DNA of 63,208 bases, filler included, from Octopus bimaculoides (taxonomy: Eukaryota): assembly GCF_001194135.2 (NCBI RefSeq). It is 4 parts of 4 records of this genome, joined end to end, with 100 filler letters (N's around TTAATTAATTAA, not from the genome) between each part and the next. Parts side by side here need not be neighbours in the genome. Positions count along the whole stretch, not along the records: positions 36,664 to 50,579 come from NC_068984.1; positions 50,680 to 63,208 come from NC_068991.1; 2 more parts are not named here. One strand, written 5' to 3'. A program made the translations under genes and the position numbers. The notes under the pieces were generated by a model that saw nothing but the letters and a program-made list of their open reading frames with translations, was not told the origin of the DNA and made no database searches. Positions 37,301 to 51,365 of the stretch are shown here, piece by piece. The stretch's first letter is position 1, and every line of letters starts with the position of its first letter.

Positions 37301-38380
37301 TTCAAAAGGAAAGAGTGTATTGAATGAATAAATGTCACGTGCATGCGTGTAAATGCCTCTTCTGCTGAGTGCGGGCGTGCATGGGTGCATGTGTGCGCGT
37401 ATGCAGGCGCGTGTACGTGTGTGTGCGGGTGCGTATGTTTGTGTGTGTGTGTGCGTGCGTGTGTGTGTGTGTGTGTCTTTGTGCTGTATGTGCGCCTGTG
37501 TGTTTGTGGTGTGTGAAAGACAAACAGTCATATAATTGATCTTCCATACAAATTTACTATTGGTGTCGAGGATTTCCAAAAGTTCCATTCTACAAAGACT
37601 GAACTGACTTTTCCCCCCCTCAAGTAAATTGATTGTCAAGCTTGGCACGAACAGTCAATTCAAAATACTGTAAAGGCAATGTCGTTGTGTTGTTGGTGGT
37701 GGTGGTGGGGGTATTGGTAGTGGCTTGATGCGCTGTTGTGGAGCTTTTAATGTTGACAATAGTTGTTGTGATAGTGATGGTCATGGTAGTTCTACAGATT
37801 CTGGTTGTTGTTATGATTATGGTAGCAATATTGTGGTGATGATGGTGACAGTAGTGTCGGTGGCGACAGAGGCAGTTTTGAGTTCAAATCCCGCTGGGAT
37901 GCGCTATGTCTTTCTTTACCATTTTGGTCGATAAAATATATATAAATAAAGTAATGAAATTCATTTTAATCAACTCTGCCCTCTCGATAGACCTTTTTCA
38001 CTTTGTGCCGACATAATAAATCATTATTATATACTTCCTCCCGCTATTTACCCGCTTTGGTTGAATTGCGCTCCCTTGATAGTCTTCGTGGTTTCAGCCC
38101 AGAACACTGGGATAAAATCATGTTGCATCTATGCATGTCGGTCAGCTATGCGACGCGTTGTTTAAATTATAACGAGCCAACAAGGATGCTGCAATATGAT
38201 CGTTGGATCTCCTAGAAAAAGTACACATTCCCACCACCACTCTCTCTCCCCAAAAAGAGAGCCTTCCAGCATGAAAATGGAATGAAACATACGAATATTG
38301 TGGCCAGATAAAAGCAATGTCTGTGTAAAAAAAACGAAGTCATAGACGAAACGCTTTTGACCATAGTTCTACCGTATCAT

Positions 38381-38613
38381 GAAAATTATTCGAAAACAAT
38401 TATTCGAAAAACAGTTATTCGAAATTGATATCAATTGTGAACTTGATTTTTAGTTTTATCATTTTTGTTTAAATAAAATAAGAAATTTAGAATAATTAAC
38501 ATTTCGTATAATTGTCCTTTTGAATAATTTTCTTTCATACAATTTTCCATTCGAATAAATGTTTTTCGAATAATTATTTTCGTATAATTGTTTTCGAATA
38601 ATTATTTTCGAAC
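38381..38613. repeat. Inverted arrays of a 14-16 bp unit (AATTATTCGAAAAC / TTTTCGAATAATT), foldback/MITE-like
   Basis: Three forward units at 38381-38424 and about six reverse units at 38490-38613. Confidence 0.7.
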
Positions 38614-39609
38614 AATGTTCACATAATCAGTTCTATTTAATCGAGGCTGATATAAAGCGAAATCATCCACACAACCTACACCATCACCACCACCACCATC
38701 ACCACCACCACCACCATAACCACCAATAAAACAACAACGACAATGACAAAGACAAAAACAATGTTATTACAGAGAAGCACTTAACAAGGATCATTAGACA
38801 GAGTCGGTAAAACATTGAGCAAAGTTCTGTAAAGTTCAACTTCTGCCAGTGCCATGTTGACTTTTCTCCAGTCTAGTGTTTATAAAACAGGCTTCAGTGA
38901 CCAACCGGAGGACGATTTGATCGACCATACTTCCCCAAAATGTGTGGCCATGTATTAATTTTGGGAAGCATTAAAAAAAATGATAAAATCAGTTAGCACT
39001 ATATGAGTTTAAGTTGCCGAAGTTGTAGAATCGTTAGAACATAAAATAAAGTATCTTGTGGTATTTGTTCCAGCTCTCAATGTTCTGGGCTGAAATCCCG
39101 CCGTAATGACCTTTTCCTTTCATCCTTTCGCGCAGTGAATAGATAGAATTGTTAGAGCAGTAGTTATCATAACTTGCTGTATAATTTATGAGTACAAATT
39201 CTCCATCTACCATCAGTAAAAAGATTTATGCAAAGCGCTTGCATGGAGACCATCGTTAAAAAGAGACTGCCAGCAAAACATCAGTAAACGCATAAGACTA
39301 AAATGGCGTGAGTTCATACGAAACCCAAGCGCTCAGAGTGTACGGCAGAGCTTTCTACTTCCATAATATGCAAAGTTCTTGATAGTTCATCAATATATAA
39401 GTAGTCAAATCATAGTCGTATTCATGAGCTATTCATTAGCTCGCAGAGCTGGATCTAAATATTACATTCATCCCTTCGTCGCCGAACTATTGGAAAAGTA
39501 TGGAGAAGCATGTGCACATGAACAACATAATAGTGACGTCTTGCAATGTCCTCAATAACGTAAAGTTATGGTAAATACATCTTTAAATACATCTGTGTGT
39601 GTGCGTGTG

Positions 39610-39713
39610 TGTGTTTGCCTTAGAACTATAGAGCAGTAATAGCAGCAGCAGCAGCAGAGCAGCAGCAGCAGAGCAGCAGCAGCAGAGCAGCAGCAGCAGC
39701 AATATTAATGATG

Positions 39714-39773
<60 letters not shown>

Positions 39774-39837
39774 GTAATAGTAATAATAATAATAATAATA
39801 ATNNNNNNNNNNAATAATAATAATAATAATAATGGTA

Positions 39838-39905
<68 letters not shown>

Positions 39906-39907
39906 AA
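39610..39907. repeat. (AGC)n-type and (AAT)n microsatellites with a small gap
   Basis: Directly visible. Confidence 0.95.
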
Positions 39908-40670
39908 TGTCTCCCACGATCATTAACAACCAAGTACCAAAACTTATAATGTGCGGAAAGAGACACTGTGAGACCTCTGACAGCAAGCTGCTGTCCGCTC
40001 TCACAGAATCTACCGGAGCAAACAAGACCGAGCGCTCTGAGAAGTAAAGCAAGAAGAAGAACAACAACAACATTTAATAATATAGGCATAAGATTAGAAA
40101 TTTTGGAAGGAGTTAATTATATTGCTCCAATATTTGAGTGCTGCTTATTTTTATGATTTTTATAGAACCCAAAAGTATGAAAGGTAAAGTAAGGCCTCAG
40201 CGATAAGACAAGGAAACAAAGACAAGCTATATTAAAAACATACACAATCACAAACATACACGCACACACACACACACATATATATGCCATATTTTCTATC
40301 TTTACATGTTTTTAGAGGCTCTAAATCCATTGACATATGTTCCTTTGAGACTCCATCAACGAATGGTTGAAAAGTTTGTGTAAGATATGTGGAAAAAAAT
40401 CTGCTTTAATACTCGCTGGCAAATAAGGACGGCAAAGCTGGTAAACATCGCAAACAAAAGAAATATCCATGATTCTAATATGAACTCTTTATATAAAACT
40501 TTTACGTGTGAATGCTTCACTCCCAGCAATTCACATTAAAAATAAAATTTTAAGTCAGAATAAAGATAAAAGCTATTATATTGATTATAGATATAAAATT
40601 ATCTCGCAAATGTAACGAAATATTTTTGTTATATAAGCGAGATATTTCTATAATCAATATGTGTGTGTGT

Positions 40671-40721
<51 letters not shown>

Positions 40722-43045
40722 ACGTACATCTGTGTATATATGTTAGTGTAAGGCAGTTTAAATTTTAGTTCCATCTGTTGTTAGTTAATGGAAATCATAG
40801 AAATGAAATGAAAAAAATAAATATAATGATAGTAAGAAAATATAAAAGAACCTTCGTATCCAAGCAATATGTATTCAAATTTTATACCTTTAGAAATATT
40901 CCTAAATTCTTATCTTGACAGGCCAGAGGTATTTTAGTGAGCGTTAACAAACATTTTATGATTGATGCGCATTTTATAAATTGGAATCTGAGTGGTCAAG
41001 TCATATTTGAATCGATATCTATAAAGATGAAATAGCTTTTAATCATACGGCAAGTATATTTTCTTCCAAAGATATGTTGTCTTTTTTTTTTTACTTCTAC
41101 CATTGAAGAGAAAGCTATACACTTCTAAAACATTAGTCAGTTTTAACTTTGCATATCAGAGAGCAAAAGAGATATAAGCCAACAAGAAAATATTATAAAA
41201 GTATTTAAGAATGTATTTTCATTAGAAGAATTATTCATTTATTTTAAATAAACAGATGTTTATTTTGTATCATAAATCCGGCTTTTTCTTCAAGTTTACC
41301 AATTATATATAACTAGAGATTAAAATGGAAAGATGAGGTTGTTTAGAGTTGTAAGAGTTTCCAGTCACAGAAGAAGAGTTGTAATCTTCCTCTTAAAAAT
41401 GTTGGTTACCTACAATCTTCCTATTTTGATAGCTCTTAGTTTCTTTCCGTCTTTTTTACCCGTTTGCTATCTTTAAACAAAAGCTGAATACATTTATTTG
41501 CGAGCCAAAGAGGACGTTTCTATGTGATCACTGTCTGCTTAAAAAAGCAAACAAATTCCTGTTAAACCACATTATGCCATCTTTAGTAGAGTATGGAACG
41601 ACTCTCTAAAGAAGGTAATCGCGGATACATTATCTAAGATAAGATGCGATGATCATTATAGAAAAGCTTAGGTCATATCTTACCTGAGGCTGAAAAAACG
41701 TAACAACGACGACGATAACTCATATACTTATTTTGAATCGCTTTTGCAGGAGGAGCGGTAGAATTGCGTGAAACTATGAGACTGACAAGTTTATGAGAGG
41801 ACATCTAATGGGCGAAACACTACTTAATTCCATTGTGCCCCTGTTATATCCATCATTACTGCGTTACAGATAGTATCTAGTTCATGTATGAGTATCCAAT
41901 CCTCTTTATTTTTCATTGCACTTGCATAGCAGGTTTTTGACGGAGCTGTTAGGGTGTCAGATAGAATTCATTCCGGTATTTATTTCGACTCTTTGTGCTT
42001 CAGGTTCAAATCTGGCTGATATTGACTTTGCTTTCATCCTTTCGGTGGTCGGTAAATAAACTACCTGTCGAAAACCGAGACCACACCATTCTTCCTGTCT
42101 TTCTATTTTCAGAATTAGATGCATTAAAAGGGACATGAAAAGACCCTTCACATATTGTTTCCACCAATCCTTTCACTGGCACCTTGCATACTCACTGAGA
42201 AAAACAAAAAGCGGTTTCTGCTCTTCGCAACAAGCAGCCTTTGTATTGCTTGATGCGTTAAGCACTCCGCCCTTCATTTCATTTGTATCTCGCTCCACTT
42301 CACTTTGAGTCAAACACCTCACTCAACTTTTCTCATACAGCTCAGAACAAACTCTTTAGGCATTCTTTCTCTCAAGACATTGACGTTCAGAAGTTGCAGT
42401 CAAAAACAACTATATCGCATCTCCTCAATCTAAAAAGGTCAGACTCGATAGTTTTCCTTTGATCAGAAATCCAAAGAAATTTTCTAAAAGAGTAAATAAC
42501 TAACAAAATACTATACGGGTACATATTCTTAAGACCATCTTTTTCTTTTTTTCACTATTTGTAACAGTTTTTACAAACAATCATATTTTATAAAAGGCTT
42601 AGTACTTAATTTCTTTTTATAATGCAATCTAGTCACAATATGGTTAACTTCAATATCTAAAAATTGTTTCCCATCTCTGCTTTACAAGTAAAAATCGACA
42701 GCAACTGAACCAACAACATATTTTAGTATTTTGGCTACGGACTTTGTCGATTGTCATTTCAAATCAGTATCTTTGATATATAAATACGTAGTTTAACAAA
42801 GAAGCCATTTATATTTTCGTAAGGTCGATAGAGACTTTATCCGGAGAGGATATCAGTTTGTGTCACTGATATGTGTGTAGGTCAGCATGTAACACTGTTT
42901 GGTACGCGTCACTGAAGTACTCAGGACGACTGAAAGAAAAAAAATAATTCTCAAAAATTACATTAGTGTTCCAACATGGTCATAGCGTATGGTCTTAGTG
43001 GAATCAGTAAAAGAGTGATATTTTTTTTTTTCATTTAAAGTAGAA

Positions 43046-43550
43046 CGGCGCTTCTCAACCTTTTGTAGTTTGCGCCCTCTTTCACAGAATAGAGTTTCAT
43101 CAACGTGCCCTCCACTTTTTTTTTGTAAAAAAATGTAAACATGATAGTAGATTACCTTAATCATATATAAATAATTTACTCTTATATTATCCGATCATGC
43201 AAGTGCTTATCTTTAGATGTTTGTATCTCTTGTGTTAATTTTTAATAAAAATTAGTGAAAAGGGTAAAAATCTTTATAGCGAAATTATATCGGACTTTGG
43301 TGCATCACTAGTCATATTTCTACTCATTCATAACACGTTGACGTTCTCACACGTAAATTCCGACAAAGATGTTTTTGGAAATGTGTAAAAATATAAGTAT
43401 TTTACCTGGTTTAAATGTTATATTTCAAAGAAAAACTACAACCCCTCTAAATACCTAAGACCTCCTATAGCGTCTCAGTAACATTTGCTGTCCCCTTGTG
43501 AGCTCACATTGCACCCAGTAGGGTGCTACCGCCCAAGTTATGAACCACTA
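43046..43550. mobile_element. hAT/Charlie-like MITE
   Basis: Ends cggcgcttctcaacct / aagttatgaaccacta, flanked by an 8-bp near-TSD AAGTAGAA (43038-45) / ATGTAGAA (43551-58). Confidence 0.6.
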
Positions 43551-46500
43551 ATGTAGAACATGAGGTCAATAAAGGAGCGTTCTATTTGCAGCTCTGTTTC
43601 CATCAATCCTTTACCACCACCCTGTAGGCTCAACAGAGTAGAATATGACAGAAAAATAGCTTTACAAGCCTTCACGAAAAACATTCGTGTGTCAAGCTGG
43701 CTCCTCCTAAGTTTTATAACATTGTCGACAAAACACACTTTCATCTTTCATTAAATATTTTACCATATGTGATTCCGTTAAAATATATTTTTCTTTTTAT
43801 TAATACCAAGAACAAGGTGATTAATGGATTTCAATTAATCACCTTTTTTTTTTCTATTCTGCTAATCAATATTATGCTAGTTAGCAAAATCTTCTGTAAA
43901 AAATCTATATTCAAAATTATTAAAACATTTAATAAATGTATTACAGAAACTATCTTATCGAAATGTTTTTTAAATCTACTTCCTATTAGCTACGAATATA
44001 AACATTATTACAGCTGAATTTCGCTTGGGAAGACGTATTCCGTTAAACAACTAAAACAGATTTTTAGAAATCTTATCAAAACAAAACCTAAATAGAAAAT
44101 TCAAGATTGTTTAAGTAATTAGTCCATTGAAAATTGTTTCAATTATGCATTTCTTAAAAGCATATCCATTTTTGATTGCATCTTGGCATTAACTGACTTG
44201 AAGTCATAGCAACTCAAGGAAGATACAGTGAAGTAGCTTTCTCGTTGACAGTACGAGATAGATATGAAGTATTAAATTTGATTAAGCGGTCAAAAATTGA
44301 GAGAATTGGTGTCGTCAAATGCCTTTCCTTAGAAGAAATAGAAAATAAAAACCCACAGCTGCAATCGTAAATTTAACTGTGGATTCGTTTTATTTTGTAG
44401 TCTTCATTTCGGTTCTAGACATTTGTCTTCGTAACTTAGAAAATAAAACAACTAATTTAAAAAATGAATAAATAAATGCATACTTTTAAAACTTTTGTAT
44501 TCACACAGCATGCTTATGCTAAGAAAAAGAAAGGAGAAAAGCTGTTGAACAAACGAAGAAAGAATGAGAACGTTTTTGATCCGACAGAGAAGAAAAACGT
44601 TTAAATTGAAGTTTCTGTGATAAGACTTACAGTCAATAGGCGGAAATAGAAATCGTTTTATTTTTATCAATTTATTTTAATCAATTCTTTGAACAATATT
44701 CTAAGCTATTCCGGAATTTAGAAAAGAAAATCAAAAAATCAAAAGAAACAGGCAAATATTTTCTGAACAAAGGATATGTCAGTGCTGTAAGCGATTTACT
44801 ATTTTGTTATGTGCATTGACATACTCTATGTTGAATTATTTTCATCTGTCTATTTATATTGTCCGTAAGTTTTTACAGTTTTTGTAACTAGCTGTTAATA
44901 TTGATATGTTCGTGATATTTGTCCAAGAAAGGACGGTGAGTTGGTCGAATCGTTTATTCGACGGCCAAACATGCTCTACATTTTTTTTATTTTCTGAATT
45001 CGAATTCGGCCGTTATCTTCTCCTTTCATTCTTTTCAATTAACATAAGGTTACAATCAAATAACGGAGTTAATCTCACCGGTTACACCCTACCCTAAAAT
45101 GTGTATCCTTTCCATTTTTGAGGGATTCCACTAATGATTAATGGAACATTACTTTTGTAATAACAAATTTCTACTCAGTGAGCAGAACTTGTTATTAGGA
45201 AGCGTGCCAGTCTTGATCATCCCATTTTTCTTTTTCAAACAGTGTAATATTTAAGGATTCTTTCAGCAGATAACGGGGTATTATTTTTGTACCCGATGAT
45301 ATCTAGCCAATTAGTAAATAAATCTTATTATCAATGTTTATCTCAGGTTGAACGATCTAGGTTGAGTGATAGGATTTCCCTCTTTGTTTTTCAGATATGC
45401 TGTATCTAGGTTTACGTTATTTAATGTTACCTTCCTATTTTTAATAAGATTTGGAAGTAATATAAAGATTTGATTACAAGTAGAATGACTGAGCTTGCAG
45501 AGTTGTGATATTCAAGCTCTCCATTACACTATTCAATCACTGGAGCACTGTGAGGGCCTGACTATATTTTGGATGCCAGACAAACTCATCCCCGGTCTCG
45601 TTTGATTTAATACTGATGCTCTTAGCGAAAGAATGTCACAGCAACTTTCCTTCGAGTAACTCATTCAGATACATTAACTGAAGAAATTTATCTGAGTATT
45701 GACAGTGACTCTGGAGAACTTTCAAGTCCAACATTATGGATAATTTTAGATGTTTAGCCTTGCAATGCTACTGAAAGTACCACAGATTTGTGTACTGTCA
45801 AACTGTACAGAAAGGGCGATGGAAACAACAACACATACCCAAGTTGTATTTTATTTATTTTATTTGACAATCGTTGGTTACTAATATGTAACGACCAACC
45901 ACTGATTCACTGTTTTTCTGACGGTAATAACAAGGGCATGTCTGTACAACTTGGCACAAAACAAATATCGCAAAGGACTTCGTTCGATGAGTACTAATTT
46001 ATTAGTTCGTCATTTACATTCTGTGATAATTAAGAAGCGATGGAAAGCGAGCAAGGATGACAAATTTCTGGAGACAGCGGGAAGAGTAAGAATAAAAAAA
46101 AAATAACCAGAAAATCGCTGCAAAGTTGGTAATAGTGGTTGTCAGACTTGGCATGCAGACCACCATATAACTTGTTAGATATTCGCATTCTGTCTTTATT
46201 GTTCTCTTCCATTTTACTTTGACATACGCATTGCGTTTTTATTTTTCTCTTCCGTTTTATGAATCCAGTATGCACATGTGCATTGCGTCTTCATACATCA
46301 CTTTCCGGTTCCCTACTCAAAACAGTTTATATATCGCAACTATCTCACGAACTGACGTTCGTGAGGAAGCGCTTCGCGCACCGATAGTAGTGAAATAGCT
46401 CAAAGAAGAATACACCATACAGTGAGTTTCCACAGAACTAACATACAACTAATTTCAATCCCATAGTTTTTGGAAACCTGTATATGGTAGAAGACAATTA

Positions 46501-46959
46501 ATCGAGGTGCTGTAAAGTGAGGAGAAACCGCAATTACATAGTTATGAAGCAAGCTTTTGAGCTACATAGTCATATGCGAGTCTGAAATTAAACGGTGGTA
46601 TGGTGTGCTCAGAGCTTGAAATCGAAGGATAGCATCTAGTCTCTCGGCCGACTACCTACTCATAACAAATCTCGCTCCGTCAAGACTGTTCTGGACGGAG
46701 TAAAACAATATCAATAACATTACCTTTTTAGTTATTTTCTGGATAGCAGCAATTAAATTGTCAGTATATACGGATTAAGAAACGGTTATCTAAAATACGA
46801 TTTTCTAAAATATTTTATCGTTTTAATTTAATACTTTTCATGGTTTTTGTTCGTTAGTCCGCTTGTTTGTTTTTCTACCTTAATCCAGTGCTATTACTAC
46901 ATACAAACGTATTGTCAAATGTTTGAATCCATGGAAAACTACTACACTGTATTGAGTAT

Positions 46960-47415
46960 TTCCTGGAGGACAGAACACATGTTGTGATCGGTGGAATCCA
47001 CTCAAGCCCAGCATAAGTCACCAGTGATGTCCCTCAGGAGACTGTCTTAGCCCCACTTCTCTTTATCGTCTATATAAATGACCTGTCCAGCGTCATAAAA
47101 CACAGCAAGGTGAAAATATTCGCTGATGACTCTAAGCTCCAAAAAAATTATCAATGAAGAAGACCGAAGTGAACTCCAATCTGATCTACATGCTGTGAGT
47201 CAATGGGCAGACAAAAACAAAATGCAACTAAACGAGGGAAAACTTGAGCTGATGCATTTTGGAAGAATGACTATGCTAAAACAGCCACACTCTCTTCATT
47301 CAGGGGAACCACTCACAGCATCTAGTAACATCAGAGGCCTAGGAGTAATTGATAACAATCTTAGCTGGAGTGCCCACATCAACAATAAGGTCGATACAGC
47401 TCGTAGGATGGAACA
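46960..47415 (+). mobile_element. CR1-like reverse transcriptase remnant
   Basis: VTSDVPQETVLAPLLFIVYINDL..VIKHSKVKIFADDSKL, then a frameshift to DRSELQSDLHAVSQWADKNKMQLNEGK. Confidence 0.88.
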
Positions 47416-48541
47416 AATGTCGGAAAAAGTAACATGATGTAGGACATTCTCTTAACTGAGATATACCTCTATACAACACTTCAGCCACCTAGGTACAACG
47501 CTGTGGACTACAACATGTAATATGCATGCATGACTTCACTCATATATACCAGGTAACAACAATTAAGGAAATATATATATTTCATTCTCTGAAAATCGGC
47601 CAGTATACATAATTTTCACCGCTTCACTGAGTAAACAGACTTAGAATAATGTAGTATACAAATAAGTATTGGTCTTATAGATTTTACAATTTTATATCGA
47701 TTTAGAAGGAAACCGATAGCTTATGAAAGTATCTCAATGCTGATTTAAACAATATCCAATGTAGGTAGCTTAAGCGATTAAAGTTAACACACGCACACGC
47801 ACACGCACACGCAGGCGCGCGCGCGCACATACACGGAACAAAGAATGAGGTTATAACTATCGTAAATATTAATCTAATTTAATCAAAATATATAATCTTA
47901 GATGAAAGAGTACATGTGAATGACAGATGGAGACATACGAATAGATAAGGATTTATGGAAATTTGTATATCCTTTGCTGTCCACATGCAACAGTCATAAA
48001 TTTAATGACCTGGAAAAGTTATGGAAGTGATTTCAGTGATTACTACCGGAAGTACGAGCAGACAGCAAGGAAAGGATGTGTGTGCGTGTTTGTGTATGTG
48101 TGTATGTATGTGTGTGTGTGGGGAGGGGGGGTTGCGCGCACTTATGAGTATATTTGTAAGCTTGTACACAAAATAAATGATGAAAGTTGGCTCAATAATG
48201 CGTAAGACCATTCGTTGTTAATGAGCTGGTAAGCGTACATGATATTTTAGCCCAGCTGGGGGCGATTTAATCGCCTATAATCGTCTACAAATAAAGAAGG
48301 TGATNNNNNNNNNNNNNNNNNNNNNNNNNNNNNNNNNNNNNNNNNNNNNNNNNNNNNNNNNNNNNNNNNNNNNNNNNNNNNNNNNNNNNNNNNNNNNNNN
48401 NNNNNNNNNNNNNNNNNNNNNNNNNNNNNNNNNNNNNNNNNNNNNNNNNNNNNNNNNNNNNNNNNNNNNNNNNNNNNNNNNNNNNNNNNNNNNNNNNNNN
48501 NNNNNNNNNNNNNNNNNNNNNNNNNNNNNNNNNNNNNNNNN

Positions 48542-48587
<46 letters not shown>

Positions 48588-50394
48588 CATACATACGCAC
48601 GCGCACAGACACACACACACATACACATGCATATCTTTTTTCTTATCTCTTATTTCATGCATACGTGTATGAATAGAAACTCACATATAAAGAAACATTA
48701 GGCATACACAATATGCACACGCACGTACACACACACACATGTACACACATAAATGGTAACAAGGAAATGGCACAATGGGAAAGAGATTAAATTACCAAAA
48801 TTTAAGGTCATGGACTCTGTGGGTTCTTTTGCCTTTTTTGCTTTAAATATATTTCACGGAAGGGAAGTTAATTCTGTATCAATTATATCAACGTTTCCCA
48901 CTGGGAAGTGAGGTGCTGATTTTCTTTCGTAAGAAGTTATCTCACAGTGGTAAGTGTGTTATCCACGTATCATGTAAAAATACATATATGTATATATATA
49001 TATATATATATAAATAAAACAAGCAAAAGCCAGAATAAAAAGCTAAACATAGCCCATATGGAAAAGTATGATTCTAGAAAAAATATTTAGCTTTAGATAT
49101 GTAGAGCAACAATTGTTACCCAGCCACACACACACACACACACACTCACGTAGGTACGCGCACACATACTTCAAAACATGTGTATACATTTAGTATGTGT
49201 ATGTGCATTGATACATGCATACATAAATGCATGCATATATACATACATACATACATATATATATANNNNNNNNNNNNNNNNNNNNNNNNNNNNNNNNNNN
49301 NNNNNNNNNNNNNNNNNNNNNNNNNNNNNNNNNNNNNNNNNNNNNNNNNNNNNNNNNNNNNNNNNNNNNNNNNNNNNNNNNNNNNNNNNNNNNNNNNNNN
49401 NNNNNNNNNNNNNNNNNNNNNNNNNNNNNNNNNNNNNNNNNNNNNNNNNNNNNNNNNNNNNNNNNNNNNNNNNNNNNNNNNNNNNNNNNNNNNNNNNNNN
49501 NNNNNNNNNNNNNNNNNNNNNNNNNNNNNNNNNNNNNNNNNNNNNNNNNNNNNNNNNNNNNNNNNNNNNNNNNNNNNNNNNNNNNNNNNNNNNNNNNNNN
49601 NNNNNNNNNNNNNNNNNNNNNNNNNNNNNNNNNNNNNNNNNNNNNNNNNNNNNNNNNNNNNNNNNNNNNNNNNNNNATATATATATATATACATTATATA
49701 TACATGTATGTATATATTTATACACTATATATATATGTACAATATATACATACATTTTTATGCATATATGTATCTATATATACATATGCATATATACATA
49801 CACACACACACACGTATGTATGTATGCATGTATGTATGTATGTATGTATGCATGCATGTATGTATAACTACGGTGAAATATACTGTTACAGTAAAAGTAA
49901 ATATGCACCGAAGGATATTTTCCTATATGTTTTGCAACTTATATGCAACTAAATCCAATAGAAAACTTCTTTGAAAGAATGATAATTGTTTATATAACAG
50001 CGGTGGTCGTTTAATTGAGTTATCTCTTATCTCTCCATACACACACACGTATATGCATTCCTTTGTCTGTATATAAATGTTCGTGAGTATTTATACATAT
50101 ATATAATTTACATACTTAGTATTAAATTGACTGCGCAAAGTTGAGAACTACCGTTGGAGCACCGCCACAGGAAGCCATCTTTTAAAATTATAAAATTTCA
50201 AGTTAGGTTTCTTATTTAGAATTTTCTTCTTTGGTGGCGACCAGTATCTCTGGCCTTTCTTTGCTTATTTTTTATGCTTGTCTGTTTGCGTTAAACGGCA
50301 AAGTGCACATCTCAGTCAGTATACATACATACATACATACATACATACACACATACATACACACACACACACACACAGACACACAGACACACAG

Positions 50395-50461
<67 letters not shown>

Positions 50462-50527
50462 AATATATAAAAATAAAAAGATAAAGAGAGCAATGGTAAG
50501 GTTGGAGAGAAGTATTTTATGGATAGA

Positions 50528-50576
50528 GTCTTACAGCTGTTTCTGGGAAGATCCAGTACTTCCCTTCATCGGAGAC
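50528..50576 (-). ncRNA. Type I hammerhead-like motif at a probable Penelope-like terminus next to a gap
   Basis: GTCT CCGATGA A GGGAAG-TACTGGAT-CTTCCC A GAAAC AGCT GT A AGAC: 4-bp stem I, 6-bp stem II, palindromic stem III, GUA triplet, U4 to C. Confidence 0.6.
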
Positions 50577-50795
50577 AGANNNNNNNNNNNNNNNNNNNNN
50601 NNNNNNNNNNNNNNNNNNNNNNNTTAATTAATTAANNNNNNNNNNNNNNNNNNNNNNNNNNNNNNNNNNNNNNNNNNNNGAGAGAGAGAGAGAGAGGGCT
50701 AGTCGGACTGAGAGATATTACAATTTATTCATTGACCACGATTGTCATAAACACTCTCCTTTTCCTCATACACATAAACATTTTTAGATTTAGAT

Positions 50796-51026
50796 TTAAC
50801 TTTCCTGCATTCAGATTATTTTATCAAATATAAAACATATTTATAGATATTGTTTTGAATTAATCATGCATTATCATGCAGCTTTGAGATTTCGATTAAG
50901 TGAGTGTATATATTTTTTTAGACTAACATTCTAGAGTAAGTGTGAGAGGCTGGATCTGCTCACTTTGAACATAAAGCGAGAAGACCATTTCAGCCAGATA
51001 TGGCCGGTTTAAATGCTAAAGGGTAA
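50796..51026. mobile_element. TTAA-type MITE with one degraded TIR
   Basis: Right end gccggtttaaatgctaaagggtaa; left end tttaactttcctgcattcag is a decayed complement. Confidence 0.55.
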
Positions 51027-51049
51027 ACGTAAATCACGCAGATGCTATA

Positions 51050-51365
51050 CGATGTAACTTCAGGGATATTTCTGGGGTCCCGTGAGATTTCGGGTCGTTC
51101 ACCATCAGACCCCCTCTCCCAGTTGATGCAACAGAGGTTGATCAAGCCCCAGATTGCATCCCAGTGTTACCAAGGCACTGGTCTGTTCTTTTTATCCGAA
51201 AGCCACCTAGTGGCCTTCTCTGCAGTTTCAATGACTTTTTTTTATAGCCCTCCTCTTTGCCGTGCCAGTACCAAGTTCGATCAGAGCTTTGCAGAATAAA
51301 CGCCCCATAGAACTTTGACAGCCCACTTCTATTGCTGCATGGTATGCCGGCAACTATGTTGCGAG
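51050..51365 (-). mobile_element. Hero-clade element C-terminus and 3' UTR
   Basis: Translation AIEVGCQ...LFCKALIELGTGTAKRRAIKK..ETAEKATRWL resembles EVGCRGF...AEKATRWLW of Hero elements. Confidence 0.7.

Noticed and set aside
46060-46258. aaaATGG-initiated frame MEENNKDRMRISNKLYGG on the minus strand
   Set aside because: The start lies within an imperfect 43-46 bp tandem duplication, and no strong donor follows.
48248-48295. Hairpin GGCGAT/ATCGCC next to the palindrome CCCAGCTGGG
   Set aside because: Lacks both CTGANGA and GAAA, so it cannot be called a hammerhead.
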